Below are positions 39,655 through 50,375 of a stretch of 64,000 nt of DNA, piece by piece. Numbering within the stretch: the first letter of the stretch is position 1; every line of letters begins with the position of its first letter. The notes under the pieces are model-generated. The model worked only from the letters and a program-made list of their open reading frames with translations, did not search any database and had not been told where the DNA came from. The stretch lies in NCBI GenBank assembly GCA_038207335.1, contig JBBQZX010000030.1:1-64000 (forward strand), read 5' to 3'. The translations under genes and the position numbers were made by a program. This DNA comes from Chthoniobacterales bacterium (lineage in GTDB: Bacteria > Verrucomicrobiota > Verrucomicrobiia > Chthoniobacterales > Chthoniobacteraceae).

Positions 39655-42072
39655 ATGGAAATCCCCAGACTTCCTGCTCTCGTCCTCTCGCTGCTGCTCG
39701 CTGCGGGTGGCCGTTTGGACGCGGAGACGTCCGGAGGGTTGGAGCCGGGGGTGCGGGACTACTTCGAGCAGCACTGCGTGAAATGTCACGGTGAGGAGAA
39801 GCAGAAGGGCGATTTTCGGATCGACACGCTCTCGACGAAAGTGGGCTTTGAAAATAACCCGCAGTGGCTGGAGATCATGGAGCGGATCAATTCGGGCGAG
39901 ATGCCGCCGAAGAAGACAAAGGAGCGGCCCGCGGCGGACGAGAGCGCGAAGGTGGTGGCGTGGCTCGCCGATCGGATGAAGGAGGGCGAGGCGGCGCTCA
40001 TGGCGGCGCGCGGCCGCGTGTCCTACAACCGGCTCACGCGCGACGAGTATGTGAACACGGTGGGCGATCTCCTCGGCGTGCATTTCGACGCGAAGGACCC
40101 CGGCGCTTTCCTTGAAGACCCGGAGTGGCACGGCTTCGAGCGCATCGGCTCGGTGCTGACGCTTTCGCCCTCGAACATCGAAAAGTATCTCGGCGCCGCG
40201 GAGGTGATCTTGGCGGAGGCGTATCCGGAGAAAAAGCCGGCACCGTACGAGGGCACGAAGCGCGCGGTGATGGAAGATCAAGTGAACGCGCGGCATCGCG
40301 AGCGGCTGCGCGCACTCGGGCTGCTGGACAAGGTGCGCTTCGAGATGTGGCCGGGGGATATGTTCCGCGGCACGAATCTGCAGGAACCGCTGCCGGAGGC
40401 GGGCATCTACGAGATCAGTTATACGCTCAGCGGCCTGAAGCCCGAGAAGGGACGCGCCCCGCGGCTGAAGGTCTATGAGGCGAAGCTGGACCGCGTGCTT
40501 TACGAGCAGGACATCGTCGCGCCCGAGGATCAGCCGGTGACCGTCACATTCCGCACGCATCTGCCGAAAGGCCGGCCGAACATCGAGGTCTATAACGACG
40601 TGCCCGGCCCCTCGAATCTGCCGCGCGCGGGGCGGCACGGCGAGACGCCTTTCATCAGCATCAAGGACGGCCGCATCCCCTGGCAGATGAAGCTCACGGA
40701 TGAGCAGGGCCGCGCGCGCTATCCTTTCCTCATCATGGACTCCGTTGCTTGGCGCGGGCCGATCCTGACAGACGAGGAACAGAGCCGTCGCGCCGGGTTT
40801 TTCCCGCGCGAGGATGGGAATATGGATGAAGTGCGCGAGTGCCTCGGTGCGCTTGCACGGCGTGCTTTTCGCCGACCGGTCACGACGGAGGAGCTAGACG
40901 GCTATGTCGGCATTGTGAAAGCGGAACTCGACGCGAAGGAGAAGTTCCGCGACGCGGTGAAGGCCGGAATGCTGGCGATACTCTGCTCGAAAAGCTTCGT
41001 CTTCATCGCCGAGGGCGACGAAAGCGTGAACCGCGGCACGCTGAACGACTGGGAGATCGCGGCGCGCCTTTCCTATCTGCTGTGGAGCACGATGCCGGAT
41101 GCGGAGCTGTTCGCGCTCGCGGAAAAAGGGACGCTCCACGACAAGGCCGAGCTGTCGCGGCAAGTCGCGCGGATGCTCGCGGATGAACGCGCCACGCGCT
41201 TCACGGACTCCTTTGCCACGCAATGGCTGCGGCTGCGGAGGGTCGGGATGTTTCAGCCCGACAAGAAGCTCTACCCGGACTACGACAAGACGCTCGAGGC
41301 GAGCATGGTCGGCGAGACGAAGTCGTTTTTCCGCGAGGTGCTGCAGGGCGGCCTCACACTGCGCGAATTCCTGAGTTCCGACTGGAGCATGATGAACGCG
41401 GGCCTCGCGCAATACTACGGACTGCCCGATGAGGGGCTGCCGCGCGACGGCTTCCAGCGCGTGTCGCTGCCTGCCGACAGTCACCGCGGCGGACTGCTCA
41501 CGCAGGCTGCGATCCTTTCGCTCACCTCGGACGGCACGCGGCACCGACCCGTGCATCGCGGTGTGTGGGTGTCGGAGGCGATCTTCGGAAGATCGCCGCC
41601 GCCGCCGCCGGCGAATGTCGAGCCCATCCCGACCAATCCCGTCGATGCGCCGAAGGCGACGCTGCGCATGAAGCTCGAGGCGCACATCCGCGACGCGCGC
41701 TGTGCCGCCTGCCACGCGCGGATCGATCCGCTCGGACTCGCGTTTGAAAATTACGACGCCATCGGCCGCTGGCGCACCGACGAGATCACCGACGGCACCG
41801 GGACGAATCCGAAGGTCGATCCTTCCGGTACGCTCCCCGACGGCCGCGAATACACGACGCCCGAGGAATTCAAGAAGCTGCTCCTGGCCGACCTCGACGC
41901 CTTCAATCACACCTTCATCGAGAAGCTCGCGACCTACGGCCTCCGCCGCAGCATTTCCTTCAGCGACCGCGACGAGTTGAAATCCATCGCCGCCGAGAGC
42001 AAGGCAAAGGACTATCGGCTCCGCGACATCGTCGAGGCATTCGTCGTGTCCGACCTTTTTCAAAAACGCTAA
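39655..42072 (+). CDS. planctomycete-type cytochrome c protein (DUF1587/1595/1592/1588/1585)
   Basis: CVKCH, 'EMPP', 'RLTRDEY.NTV.DL', 'ARLSYLLWSTMPD', 'RGGLL', CAACH, 'DPLG.AFENYDAIG'. Confidence 0.92.
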   Translation: MEIPRLPALVLSLLLAAGGRLDAETSGGLEPGVRDYFEQHCVKCHGEEKQKGDFRIDTLSTKVGFENNPQWLEIMERINSGEMPPKKTKERPAADESAKVVAWLADRMKEGEAALMAARGRVSYNRLTRDEYVNTVGDLLGVHFDAKDPGAFLEDPEWHGFERIGSVLTLSPSNIEKYLGAAEVILAEAYPEKKPAPYEGTKRAVMEDQVNARHRERLRALGLLDKVRFEMWPGDMFRGTNLQEPLPEAGIYEISYTLSGLKPEKGRAPRLKVYEAKLDRVLYEQDIVAPEDQPVTVTFRTHLPKGRPNIEVYNDVPGPSNLPRAGRHGETPFISIKDGRIPWQMKLTDEQGRARYPFLIMDSVAWRGPILTDEEQSRRAGFFPREDGNMDEVRECLGALARRAFRRPVTTEELDGYVGIVKAELDAKEKFRDAVKAGMLAILCSKSFVFIAEGDESVNRGTLNDWEIAARLSYLLWSTMPDAELFALAEKGTLHDKAELSRQVARMLADERATRFTDSFATQWLRLRRVGMFQPDKKLYPDYDKTLEASMVGETKSFFREVLQGGLTLREFLSSDWSMMNAGLAQYYGLPDEGLPRDGFQRVSLPADSHRGGLLTQAAILSLTSDGTRHRPVHRGVWVSEAIFGRSPPPPPANVEPIPTNPVDAPKATLRMKLEAHIRDARCAACHARIDPLGLAFENYDAIGRWRTDEITDGTGTNPKVDPSGTLPDGREYTTPEEFKKLLLADLDAFNHTFIEKLATYGLRRSISFSDRDELKSIAAESKAKDYRLRDIVEAFVVSDLFQKR

Positions 42073-42102
42073 TCCCCACCACTCACCCAAACGAACCGCT
42101 AC

Positions 42103-43464
42103 ATGAGCAATCTCAATCTCAACCGCTGGCAGATCAGCCGCCGCCAAATGCTGAAAGGCCTCGGAGCCTGCATCGCGCTTCCGCTGCTCGACTGCATGGC
42201 CTCGCTGCCCGCGCCGTCGAAGCCGAAGCGCAGCGTGTTCCTTTATATCCCGAATGGCGTGAACACGCTCACGTGGCAGATCGAAAAGGCGGGCGCGGAC
42301 TACGAGTTTACGAAGCCGATGAAGTCGCTCGAAAAGCATCGCGCCGACATCACGCCGATCAGCGGATTGCATCACCCGATGGTGCTCGGGAAGCATCACA
42401 ACTGTGAAAAGGTCTGGCTCACCGGCGCCAATGTCCCCGGCGATGGCGGCGCCTTCCGCAACACCGTCTCCGCCGACCAGATAATCGCCGACGCGCAGGG
42501 CGTGGCCACGCGGTTTTCTTCGCTCGAAATGGCCATCGAGGGCGTCTCGCTCGCATGGTCAAAGGACGGCATCCAGATTCCCGCGGAGCGGAACACGCAG
42601 CAGATTTTCAACTCGCTCTTCGGCGTGGAAAAGGACAGCAAGGAGACCATCCGCCGCCGCCTCAGCCGCCGCGGCAGCATCCTCGATCTCGTGGCCGAGG
42701 ACGCGAATCGCGTGAACAAAAAGCTCGGCAGCGAGGACCGCTCGAAGCTCGACGAATACCTCACCGCCGTGCGCCAGGTGGAGGAGCGCACGCGCCGCGC
42801 CGACGAATGGCTAAACGTCCCGAAGCCGGTGGTGCCGGCCAGCGAGGCCGCGCGTCTCCAACGCAAGCTCAGCATGGCCGAGGCCGGCGAATATTACCGT
42901 CTTTTCTACGACCTCATGGTGATGGCGCTGCGCACGGATTCCACGCGGGTCATCACCTGCGGCATCGGGAGCGAGGGAAACACCAGCGGCATCCCCGAGA
43001 TCGGCATCTTGCAAACGCGCCACGGCCTTTCCCACCACAATGGCGATCCCGAGCAACTGCGCCGCCTCACCGAGACCGACACTTTTCTCGTCGGGCAGTT
43101 CAGCTACTTCCTCGACCAGCTCAAAGAGCACAAGGAGGAGAACACTCCCCTGCTCGATACCACGCAGGTGCTCTGGGGCAGCGGAATGGCCTACGGTCAC
43201 AGCCACGGCAATGCGAACCTGCCCACCATCCTCGCCGGCGGCAAAACGCTCGGCTACAAGCACGGCACTCACGTGGACTTCAACCTGCCGAAGATCGCCA
43301 AATACGACATCACCGACGCGCAGGGTCACTACAAGATTTGCTCGAAGCCGGTGGACGAGAATGCACGCGTCAGCAATCTGCTACTCACCATGCTCCAGCG
43401 CGTGGAGGTGAAAGCCGACAAGTTTCAGGACAGCGTGGGACCGATCTCGCAGATCGTGGCGTGA
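42103..43464 (+). CDS. DUF1552 domain protein (Tat signal)
   Basis: 'SRRQMLKG', 'YIPNG', 'SILD', 'D.TRV', 'H.LSHH', 'NLP.ILAGG'. Confidence 0.92.
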   Translation: MSNLNLNRWQISRRQMLKGLGACIALPLLDCMASLPAPSKPKRSVFLYIPNGVNTLTWQIEKAGADYEFTKPMKSLEKHRADITPISGLHHPMVLGKHHNCEKVWLTGANVPGDGGAFRNTVSADQIIADAQGVATRFSSLEMAIEGVSLAWSKDGIQIPAERNTQQIFNSLFGVEKDSKETIRRRLSRRGSILDLVAEDANRVNKKLGSEDRSKLDEYLTAVRQVEERTRRADEWLNVPKPVVPASEAARLQRKLSMAEAGEYYRLFYDLMVMALRTDSTRVITCGIGSEGNTSGIPEIGILQTRHGLSHHNGDPEQLRRLTETDTFLVGQFSYFLDQLKEHKEENTPLLDTTQVLWGSGMAYGHSHGNANLPTILAGGKTLGYKHGTHVDFNLPKIAKYDITDAQGHYKICSKPVDENARVSNLLLTMLQRVEVKADKFQDSVGPISQIVA

Positions 43465-43499
43465 GTCTCGCGGCGAGCAGCAGGATCAGCGACAGCAAC

Positions 43500-44738
43500 A
43501 TGATGGTCGCCTTTTACGCACGCCTGGTCATCGGCCTATTGGTCACCGTCTCAGTCCTTCACGCGGAGCCACCGAAGTTCCGCACCGACGCGGACGGTCC
43601 GGTGAAGCCCAACGAAAAACGGAATTCCAAAGACACGAGCGGCAAGCCCGACTGGTTTCTTCCCGTCGAAGGCGAGTTCCCTCCGGAAGGTTCGGCGCAC
43701 GCGATTTCCGGCGAGTTGGTGCAGGTGGATCATCTCGAGCGCGGCTTCCAGATTCGTGTGGATCGCTCCGACAGTCAGGATCGCGGCGTGTGGGATTTGC
43801 CGCTGGATGCCGCGATGCTGCCCTACGGCTCCATCGAGTATCACGGCTCGCCCGCCGCGTTGCAGGACATCCCGCTCGGCACGCATCTGCACGGGCTATT
43901 TTATCTCAAAGATCCGAACGATAAGTCGCCGAATCCGAACGCCGCCTACGGACGAAAGACTCCTGAGTCCGACTTCCGCCGCTGCTTCCGGATCGAGGAC
44001 GACTTCAGCTTTCACGCGCGGCAGAAGCACCTCTGGAAAATCGAGAGCGTCGATCTCGGGGCGAAGAAACTCATCGCGACGCTACTCGAGAACGACAAGC
44101 CAAGCGGGCCGCCAAAGACCTTTGACCTGCTCACGAGCACACGCGTGATGAAGCGCGACGGCTTTGCCGATCTCAAGGCGCTGCAGCCCGGGCTGACCGT
44201 CCTTTTCGATCTCACATGGGTCACGCTCTACGGCCCGGGCCGCATCACCGACATCTACCTCGATGAGCCCAGCCGCGCCCTCGCCACGGCGCAGCAGCTC
44301 GAGCGACATCGCAACCACATCCGCGAGCGCGGCCTGCCCGGATGGGTCAGCGCCGTGGAGGACGAACCGCAGATCGTCACCATCACCTTCTTTGGCGGCG
44401 TGGATGAAAAACTCTTCGACGAACTCTCCATCATCAATGGCGAGAAAGTCGGCTGGCCGCTCTCGAAGGAAGCCGACAACCCCTCCGCGCCGAAAGGCAC
44501 GATCGCCGTCGCCCGCGACAGCCTGATGACCTACGACCCGGTCAACGATCGCAAAGGCGGCAACATCATCGACACCAAAAAAGTTCCCATCGAGCCCGGC
44601 GGCAGCGGCGTCCAAATCCGGGTGAAGTGCGACATGCTCCTCGAAGGTTTCCGCCCGCGCCGAATCGTCCGCTTTTACCCAGCGACATGGAAAGTGATCG
44701 AACTCCCGCGCGAGGAACAGTTCCAAGGTCGCGAGTGA
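43500..44738 (+). CDS. secreted hypothetical protein
   Basis: Signal peptide from MMVAFYARL; in operon with DUF1552. Confidence 0.7.
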   Translation: MMVAFYARLVIGLLVTVSVLHAEPPKFRTDADGPVKPNEKRNSKDTSGKPDWFLPVEGEFPPEGSAHAISGELVQVDHLERGFQIRVDRSDSQDRGVWDLPLDAAMLPYGSIEYHGSPAALQDIPLGTHLHGLFYLKDPNDKSPNPNAAYGRKTPESDFRRCFRIEDDFSFHARQKHLWKIESVDLGAKKLIATLLENDKPSGPPKTFDLLTSTRVMKRDGFADLKALQPGLTVLFDLTWVTLYGPGRITDIYLDEPSRALATAQQLERHRNHIRERGLPGWVSAVEDEPQIVTITFFGGVDEKLFDELSIINGEKVGWPLSKEADNPSAPKGTIAVARDSLMTYDPVNDRKGGNIIDTKKVPIEPGGSGVQIRVKCDMLLEGFRPRRIVRFYPATWKVIELPREEQFQGRE

Positions 44739-44764
44739 TTTTCCACCACGCAGCACCACCAATC

Positions 44765-45928
44765 ATGACCCGCATTTCCCTCCTCGCCGTTGCCCTGCTC
44801 GCTACAGATTCACCATTGTTCGCCGCACCCGCGGATCTCGCGAAAATCACCACCCAGGCCGATCTCGACTCCGCGGCCAGCGACCCCGCGCTTAAGCAGG
44901 CATTGCAGGAGCACCGCGCGGCCATACTCTCAGCCATCGAACAGCGTCCGCACATCGAGGCCGTCACGCGCATCGTCGAAGCCGCGCACGGAAAAGTCGA
45001 AAAGATCAACACCACGCCCGAGCCCCTCGCGAAGCTTGCGGGCGGGCCCATGCCGGTCTTCGACACGCTGAAGCTCGTCGATCTCGCCGTGCCGAATGCC
45101 GGCCCGCATGACAAACGCGCTGACGATCCTTACGACGCCGCCTTCTTCCAGCATGTCGGCCACATCACACCGCTGGAGTCGCTCAATATCATCTCCACCA
45201 AATTCAGCGACGACTGGATGCCGCCCATCGCCGGACTCGCGAATCTCAAAACCCTGCGCTTTACCAACAACGGCAAGCTCACCGAAATCGGCCTCGAAAA
45301 ACTCGCCGCGCTCAAGAACATGAAAACCTTCTCCTTCGTCGGCACCGGCATGACCGGCCATGCCTTCGCGAAGTTCGAAGACTGGACGCACCTCACCAAA
45401 TGCAGCTTCCGCGGCAGCAGCATCGATGACGAGGGCCTGAAGCAACTCTGCGAGCACCTCCCGAATCTCGAAAGCATCAGCCTCGCCCACGCGAAATTCA
45501 CCGACGCCGGCGCGCCCGCTCTCGCAAAACTCACCAAGCTCAAAGGACTCGAACTCGGCACGCACAACGCCACCCCGGCGACCTTGAAACACCTCGCCGC
45601 GCTCCCGCTCGAATACCTTCAGCTCGGCGAAGGCTTCGACTCATCCGAATCCCTCGAGAACATCCGCGACCTCAAAACCCTGAAGCGCCTCACGCTCACC
45701 GACTGCGCCAAAACCACCGACGACGACCTCAAGCTCATTGCCTCAATGACGCAGCTCGAAAGCCTCGAACTCGGCAACCTCCTGATGACCGAAGAGCGCG
45801 TCGCGCAGTTGAAGCCCTTCACGTTTCTCAAGTCCTTCCGGCTCGTGCAACGCCCGCAGCCCTATCCCGCAGACATCCAGTCGAAGATCACCGAACTGAT
45901 GCCGAAAGTTCAGCTCACCTTTGAGTGA
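44765..45928 (+). CDS. secreted leucine-rich repeat protein
   Basis: LRR units 'LANLKTLRF', 'LPNLESISL', 'LTKLKGLEL', 'LKTLKRLTL'. Confidence 0.85.
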   Translation: MTRISLLAVALLATDSPLFAAPADLAKITTQADLDSAASDPALKQALQEHRAAILSAIEQRPHIEAVTRIVEAAHGKVEKINTTPEPLAKLAGGPMPVFDTLKLVDLAVPNAGPHDKRADDPYDAAFFQHVGHITPLESLNIISTKFSDDWMPPIAGLANLKTLRFTNNGKLTEIGLEKLAALKNMKTFSFVGTGMTGHAFAKFEDWTHLTKCSFRGSSIDDEGLKQLCEHLPNLESISLAHAKFTDAGAPALAKLTKLKGLELGTHNATPATLKHLAALPLEYLQLGEGFDSSESLENIRDLKTLKRLTLTDCAKTTDDDLKLIASMTQLESLELGNLLMTEERVAQLKPFTFLKSFRLVQRPQPYPADIQSKITELMPKVQLTFE

Positions 45929-45987
45929 GGATCGAGCTGCGTGGGCTCGCAAGCTCGTTCGAGGCGCATTTGCATACTGCCCCTTAG

Positions 45988-47241
45988 TTACTGCGATGCT
46001 TTGCCTCGGCGATCAGGAAGGTCAGCGCGGAGTTGCTGACCCACAGAGCACGAGAGGTCGTCGCCCGGGTCGACGAGGCGCACTTTCGGAAGCACGGAAA
46101 ATCCCCACACTCCGGCGGCGAGCATCCACGCATAGCTGGCAGCACTGAGCCAATGCGGACGCTCAGGCGAAAAATCGCCGATGGCGCGCAGCGCGGCTCC
46201 AGCGAGCAGGAGAAAGGTTGCGATTTGCAGGCTCGGGAGGCGCGTTTCAAAAAGCGCCTCGTTTCCCGAATGGCCGAGCACGACGCGCGTGGCGACGGTG
46301 AAGGTGATGAGACTGAAGCCGCCGAGGAAGACGATGTGCAATCCCGCGAGGCGCTGACTCGGCCAGAGGAGCGGGAAGCTCAGTCCGGCGACAAGCGCGA
46401 GCAGCGCCAGTTGTGCGGCGAGGGGTGCGGTTTGCAATGGAAGAGACTGGCGATGGAAGGGAATCATCGTGGCCAGATAGATGAACACAGCGATGACGCG
46501 CAGCCAGGCGGCGGCGGGCGCTGACGGCTGGCTGGCTTCGAGCCAAAAGCTCGCGAGAAGAGCAATGCCGGTGATGAAAGATAATGCGGCGCGCCGCCAC
46601 CAGCCGATCGACGCGGTGCGCTCCTCGGCCATCGACCGCACATCGCGCAGGCGGAGAAAACGCGGGAACAGAAACGTGCCGATCCCGAGGATCGGGACGA
46701 GCACGAATGCCTGGTTGAGCAGAATCGAGCCAAACGTCATGACACTGCCCGACACCCAGCCCTGCAGGCCGCACAGCCACAGCACCGGCCCGGCAAGTCC
46801 GCTGAGAAATCCAAACGCCACGAGGACGAATCCCGGCGGAGGCAGTTCCAAGCGCCCACGCACGCGCGCGATCATGCACGCGCCGAAGCACAGCATCAGC
46901 GCAATGAAGGCGGCGTCGCCAGCGCGAGGTTGTTCGCCGATGTGCAGTCCGGCGGTGAGCAGATACAGGCCGACCAGCGTCCACAATTCTCCGCGCCGCA
47001 GCGCGGGCGCGGAGAGCAGACGCGGCAGCGCGGTGCCGAGAAAACCGAGGACGAAGCCAGCAAGGAATCCCTCGATCATCAGCCGTGCGTGCATCGGGCC
47101 GGGGTAGAACTTATGCAGACCCGCAAAGAACAGCGGCCAGAGCGACACGCCGGAGATGCCGAGCAGCGTGGCGAGCGGAAAGAAAATGCGGAACGGCTCG
47201 GTGGGGCAGAGGCTCAGGAACGACGGGGGCGGCGAAGTCAT
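45988..47241 (-). CDS. nnrS: NnrS family membrane protein
   Basis: 'EPFRIFF', 'HARLMIEGF...GFLGTA', 'LHIVFLGG', 'ATRVVLGHSG'. Confidence 0.85.
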   Translation of the reverse strand: MTSPPPSFLSLCPTEPFRIFFPLATLLGISGVSLWPLFFAGLHKFYPGPMHARLMIEGFLAGFVLGFLGTALPRLLSAPALRRGELWTLVGLYLLTAGLHIGEQPRAGDAAFIALMLCFGACMIARVRGRLELPPPGFVLVAFGFLSGLAGPVLWLCGLQGWVSGSVMTFGSILLNQAFVLVPILGIGTFLFPRFLRLRDVRSMAEERTASIGWWRRAALSFITGIALLASFWLEASQPSAPAAAWLRVIAVFIYLATMIPFHRQSLPLQTAPLAAQLALLALVAGLSFPLLWPSQRLAGLHIVFLGGFSLITFTVATRVVLGHSGNEALFETRLPSLQIATFLLLAGAALRAIGDFSPERPHWLSAASYAWMLAAGVWGFSVLPKVRLVDPGDDLSCSVGQQLRADLPDRRGKASQ

Positions 47242-47253
47242 TTTCTCGCGCTC

Positions 47254-47853
47254 TTAGCGTTGCGCGCCGTGCGCGGCCTTTTCGATCGCGGCGAGGAGCA
47301 GCGCGGGATCCTGCTTCAAGCCCGCGTGCTGAAAGACTATTTCGCCCTCGGCATTCAGCAGCGTGATGAGGTTGGTGTGGGCGAATTGGCCGCACGCATC
47401 CTCCGTGTAGTTGACGCCGAGCAGCGCTGCCAACTCGCGCACATCGTCGGTTGCCCCGCGCAGCAGAGTCCAGCGGTCGCGGACGAGGTTCCGTTTTTTG
47501 CGGAAGGCGGCGAGTTCGGTGGGCGTGTCACGTTTCGAGTCGATACTCACGAGGAGAAAATCGACCTTCCCGAGCACCTCAGGCGGCAGTCGGCTTTCAA
47601 TGCTCTTGAGTTCACCGACGAGGATCGGACAGGCGTATTCGCAGTGGGTGAAAAACATCGCCACGATCTGCGGGCGACCACGCAGCGCGCCGAGGGTGAT
47701 CTCGCGACCGACGTCGGAGGTCCATTTCGAGTCGAGCAGGTAGAGCAATTTATCCGTCGGCGGCCCCGCCGGCAGCGGAGGCCGACAGCAGGGTGGCAGC
47801 GGTTCGCTGGCGAGCAGCGCGAGGGGAAGCAGAAGAGCGAGGAGGCACTTCAT
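47254..47853 (-). CDS. SCO family copper chaperone
   Basis: 'FTHCEYACP' (CxxxC), conserved His in 'FAHTN'. Confidence 0.9.
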   Translation of the reverse strand: MKCLLALLLPLALLASEPLPPCCRPPLPAGPPTDKLLYLLDSKWTSDVGREITLGALRGRPQIVAMFFTHCEYACPILVGELKSIESRLPPEVLGKVDFLLVSIDSKRDTPTELAAFRKKRNLVRDRWTLLRGATDDVRELAALLGVNYTEDACGQFAHTNLITLLNAEGEIVFQHAGLKQDPALLLAAIEKAAHGAQR

Positions 47854-48623
47854 GGAGTTTTTGCGCAGCGGAAGCCGAGGTTGGGGACGGTGTAACCCGC
47901 GCGCAGGCTGCTGCGGAAACCGAAGCGCATGAAGGCGGGGTAATTCGTGCGATCGGTTGCGTTGAGCGATCCCGCGCCGCAGAAAAATTGACGGTCCAGT
48001 CCGGTATCGCCGCGCGCGTCGCCGGTCACCAAGGCGCTGTTGAAATCGCTCGTCCACTCCCACACGAGACCGTGCAGATCGCGCACCCCGAACACATTCG
48101 CGCTCCCGCTGCCTGCCTCCGGCAGCACCGCGGGCGCCGGGGTCGCATACCAACGCGCGATGGCCTTTTGAAACTCCGCATCCTTCGCCCCATCGCGCTC
48201 GGTGAAGCCCACGCCCGCCGCGACCTCCCACTCCGCCGTCGTCGGCAACCGCTTGCCGCGCGCCGCTGCAAACGCCTTCGCGGCGAACCACGAAAGATTG
48301 GTGACTGGCTGTTCCGCGCGCGCATTGCCGAGTTCGAGATCGTCGGCCCAGTGCGCGAGATAGCCCTCATCGGCAAAGAGCCGTTTTACCTGCGAGCGGC
48401 GCCACTTCGGCTGTGCGCGCACGAAGTCAAGGAACTCGCCGTTCGTCACCGGCCGAACTTCGAGTTGGAAGGCCGCGATGGAAATTTCCTTCGCGTCCTT
48501 TTCCCCGCGAAAGAGCGGGCGGTAAGTCGTCGCCGGAATCGCCGCCATGCCGGGCTCCGTCACGCGCACGGCGCAGAGCGTGAGCAGCGACGCGACGAGA
48601 TGCAGCGCGAGACACATGGTCAT
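47850..48623 (-). CDS. formylglycine-generating enzyme family (NirV-like) protein
   Basis: 'PVTNGEF', 'RLPTTAEWE', 'DLHGLVWEW', 'GFRCA'. Confidence 0.88.
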   Translation of the reverse strand: MTMCLALHLVASLLTLCAVRVTEPGMAAIPATTYRPLFRGEKDAKEISIAAFQLEVRPVTNGEFLDFVRAQPKWRRSQVKRLFADEGYLAHWADDLELGNARAEQPVTNLSWFAAKAFAAARGKRLPTTAEWEVAAGVGFTERDGAKDAEFQKAIARWYATPAPAVLPEAGSGSANVFGVRDLHGLVWEWTSDFNSALVTGDARGDTGLDRQFFCGAGSLNATDRTNYPAFMRFGFRSSLRAGYTVPNLGFRCAKTP

Positions 48624-50142
48624 TGGTTCACCGATTCCGCGTGGATGCGCGCCACTTCGTCCACGCTCACGATGTCGCCCTCGTTGCCCCACGCATTGCG
48701 GACGAAGGTGAGGACGTGCGCGATTTGCTCGTCCGTGAGCAGGACCGGCGGCATGACGCCGTTGTATTTCGTGCCGTTCACCGTCATCTCGCCGGACTGG
48801 CCTTTGATCACCCCGCGAATGGCGCGCGCCTTGTCGGCCATGAGGAAATCGGATTTGGCCAGCGGCGGAAAGACGCTCGGGATGCCCTGGCCTTCGGCCT
48901 GGTGACAGGCGAAGCAGGTCTGCGCGTAGATCCGTTTGCCTTTCTCGATGAAAAGTTCCTTCCCGAGCGCCGCGAGTTTTGGTTCGCCGGCGAGGACTTT
49001 CTTCCGCTCCGCCTCGAGCGCCGCCACCCGCGAATCCGCGCCGCCGGGCAGCGCGTAGTCGCCGAGATAGGTCGCGTCCACTTCCTTGCCGGAATAGACG
49101 AGCAGATTCGCTGGTCCCTCGACGCTGAGCATGCCGAGTGCGCCTTTGTTGAACGAGCGGAAGAGCGCGTGATCCACGAGGATGAAGGTGCCGGGCACCT
49201 CGAGTTTGAAATCCACGATCACCGAACCGCCTGCCGGGATGGTCGTCGTTTGCACGTTCTCCTGCGAGACCTTCATGCCGCCCTCCTGATACACATGGTC
49301 GAAAATCTCGCCGATGACGTGAAAGGACGCAGTCAGATTCGGCCCCGCGTTGCCGACGAAAATACGCACGCGCTCGCCGACTTTTGCCTTCAGAGCCTTG
49401 TCGCCGACGAGCGAACCGACGGCACCGTTGAAGACGACATAACTCGGCCGTTCATCGACCGCCTTTTCCATGTCGAACGGCTGCAAACCCTCCTCGCCGA
49501 ATTTTCCCTTCGTATAAAATTCGCCTTGCATGACGTAGAACTCCCGGTCCACCGGCGGCATCCCGGCTTTCGGCTCGACGAGGATCAACCCATACATGCC
49601 GTTGCCGACGTGCATCCCGACCGGCGCCGTCGCGCAGTGATAGACGAAGAGGCCAGGGTTGAGCGCCCTGAACGAAAACTGCGAGCTATGGCATGGCGCG
49701 GTGAATGACGAGGTCGCGCCGCCGCCCGGCCCGGTGACCGCGTGCAGGTCGATGTTGTGCGGCATCTTCGAGGTCGGGTGATTGCCAAGATGAAACTCGA
49801 CGAGGTCGCCCTCGCGCACGCGGATGAAAAGGCCCGGCACCTCGCCGCCGAAGGTCCAAAACAATAGTCCACGCCATCCGCCATCCGCTTCACCACTTCG
49901 CGCACTTCCAGATTCACCACGACCTTCGTCGCGTGTTTGCGCTGGATGGGTGGCGGCACATTCGGAGCCGGAGTGAGAACTGCTTTTTCTTCACCGACGA
50001 TTTCCGGGTCAGTCCCCTTGGCGGCTGGGCTTGGCAGAGGAGTGGTCGAATCCGGGAGAGGATCGGCAGAAAATAGGGGAGGCATCGCGGAAAAGCCGAA
50101 AGCAACGGCGATGGCAAGGGAGGAAAGGCGTAGTGATTTCAT
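48620..50142 (-). pseudogene. nirK: copper nitrite reductase with C-terminal cytochrome c, one-base frameshift (pseudogene or sequencing error)
   Basis: 'PHNIDLHAV', 'YHCA', 'H..NGMYG', '[10 protein letters not shown]', 'VDH', heme 'CFACH'. The N-terminal signal part is in another frame; adding one base near 49863 gives 507 aa. Confidence 0.9.
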
Positions 50143-50375
50143 AAGGGGGGAGCGCTGCCGGAACCGGACAGGCGGGAGATCAACTTCGACGGGAAAACAT
50201 GACTTTGTGCGTTCGCTGTCGATCGTCGGACCGGCTTCCGCAATGGTAGCTGCGAGGCTCGCGCGTGGCGAGGAATTGCGCGGTCGCACCGGCCCCCTCT
50301 GCCAGTCCCGGGCTTCGGTAGAAGAAATTGAAACGCACCGACATGCAGCGCATTTTTGCCTTGCATCTCCCATCA

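Noticed and set aside
42555..43499. N-terminal extension of the 727-aa ORF (similarly 36940-37806 and 47854-48291)
   Set aside because: Overlaps the upstream gene in another frame; a better start lies downstream.
50143..50375. FNR/NnrR or NsrR box upstream of nirK
   Set aside because: Only half-sites or wrongly spaced matches (e.g. TTGCA-N6-ATCAA).
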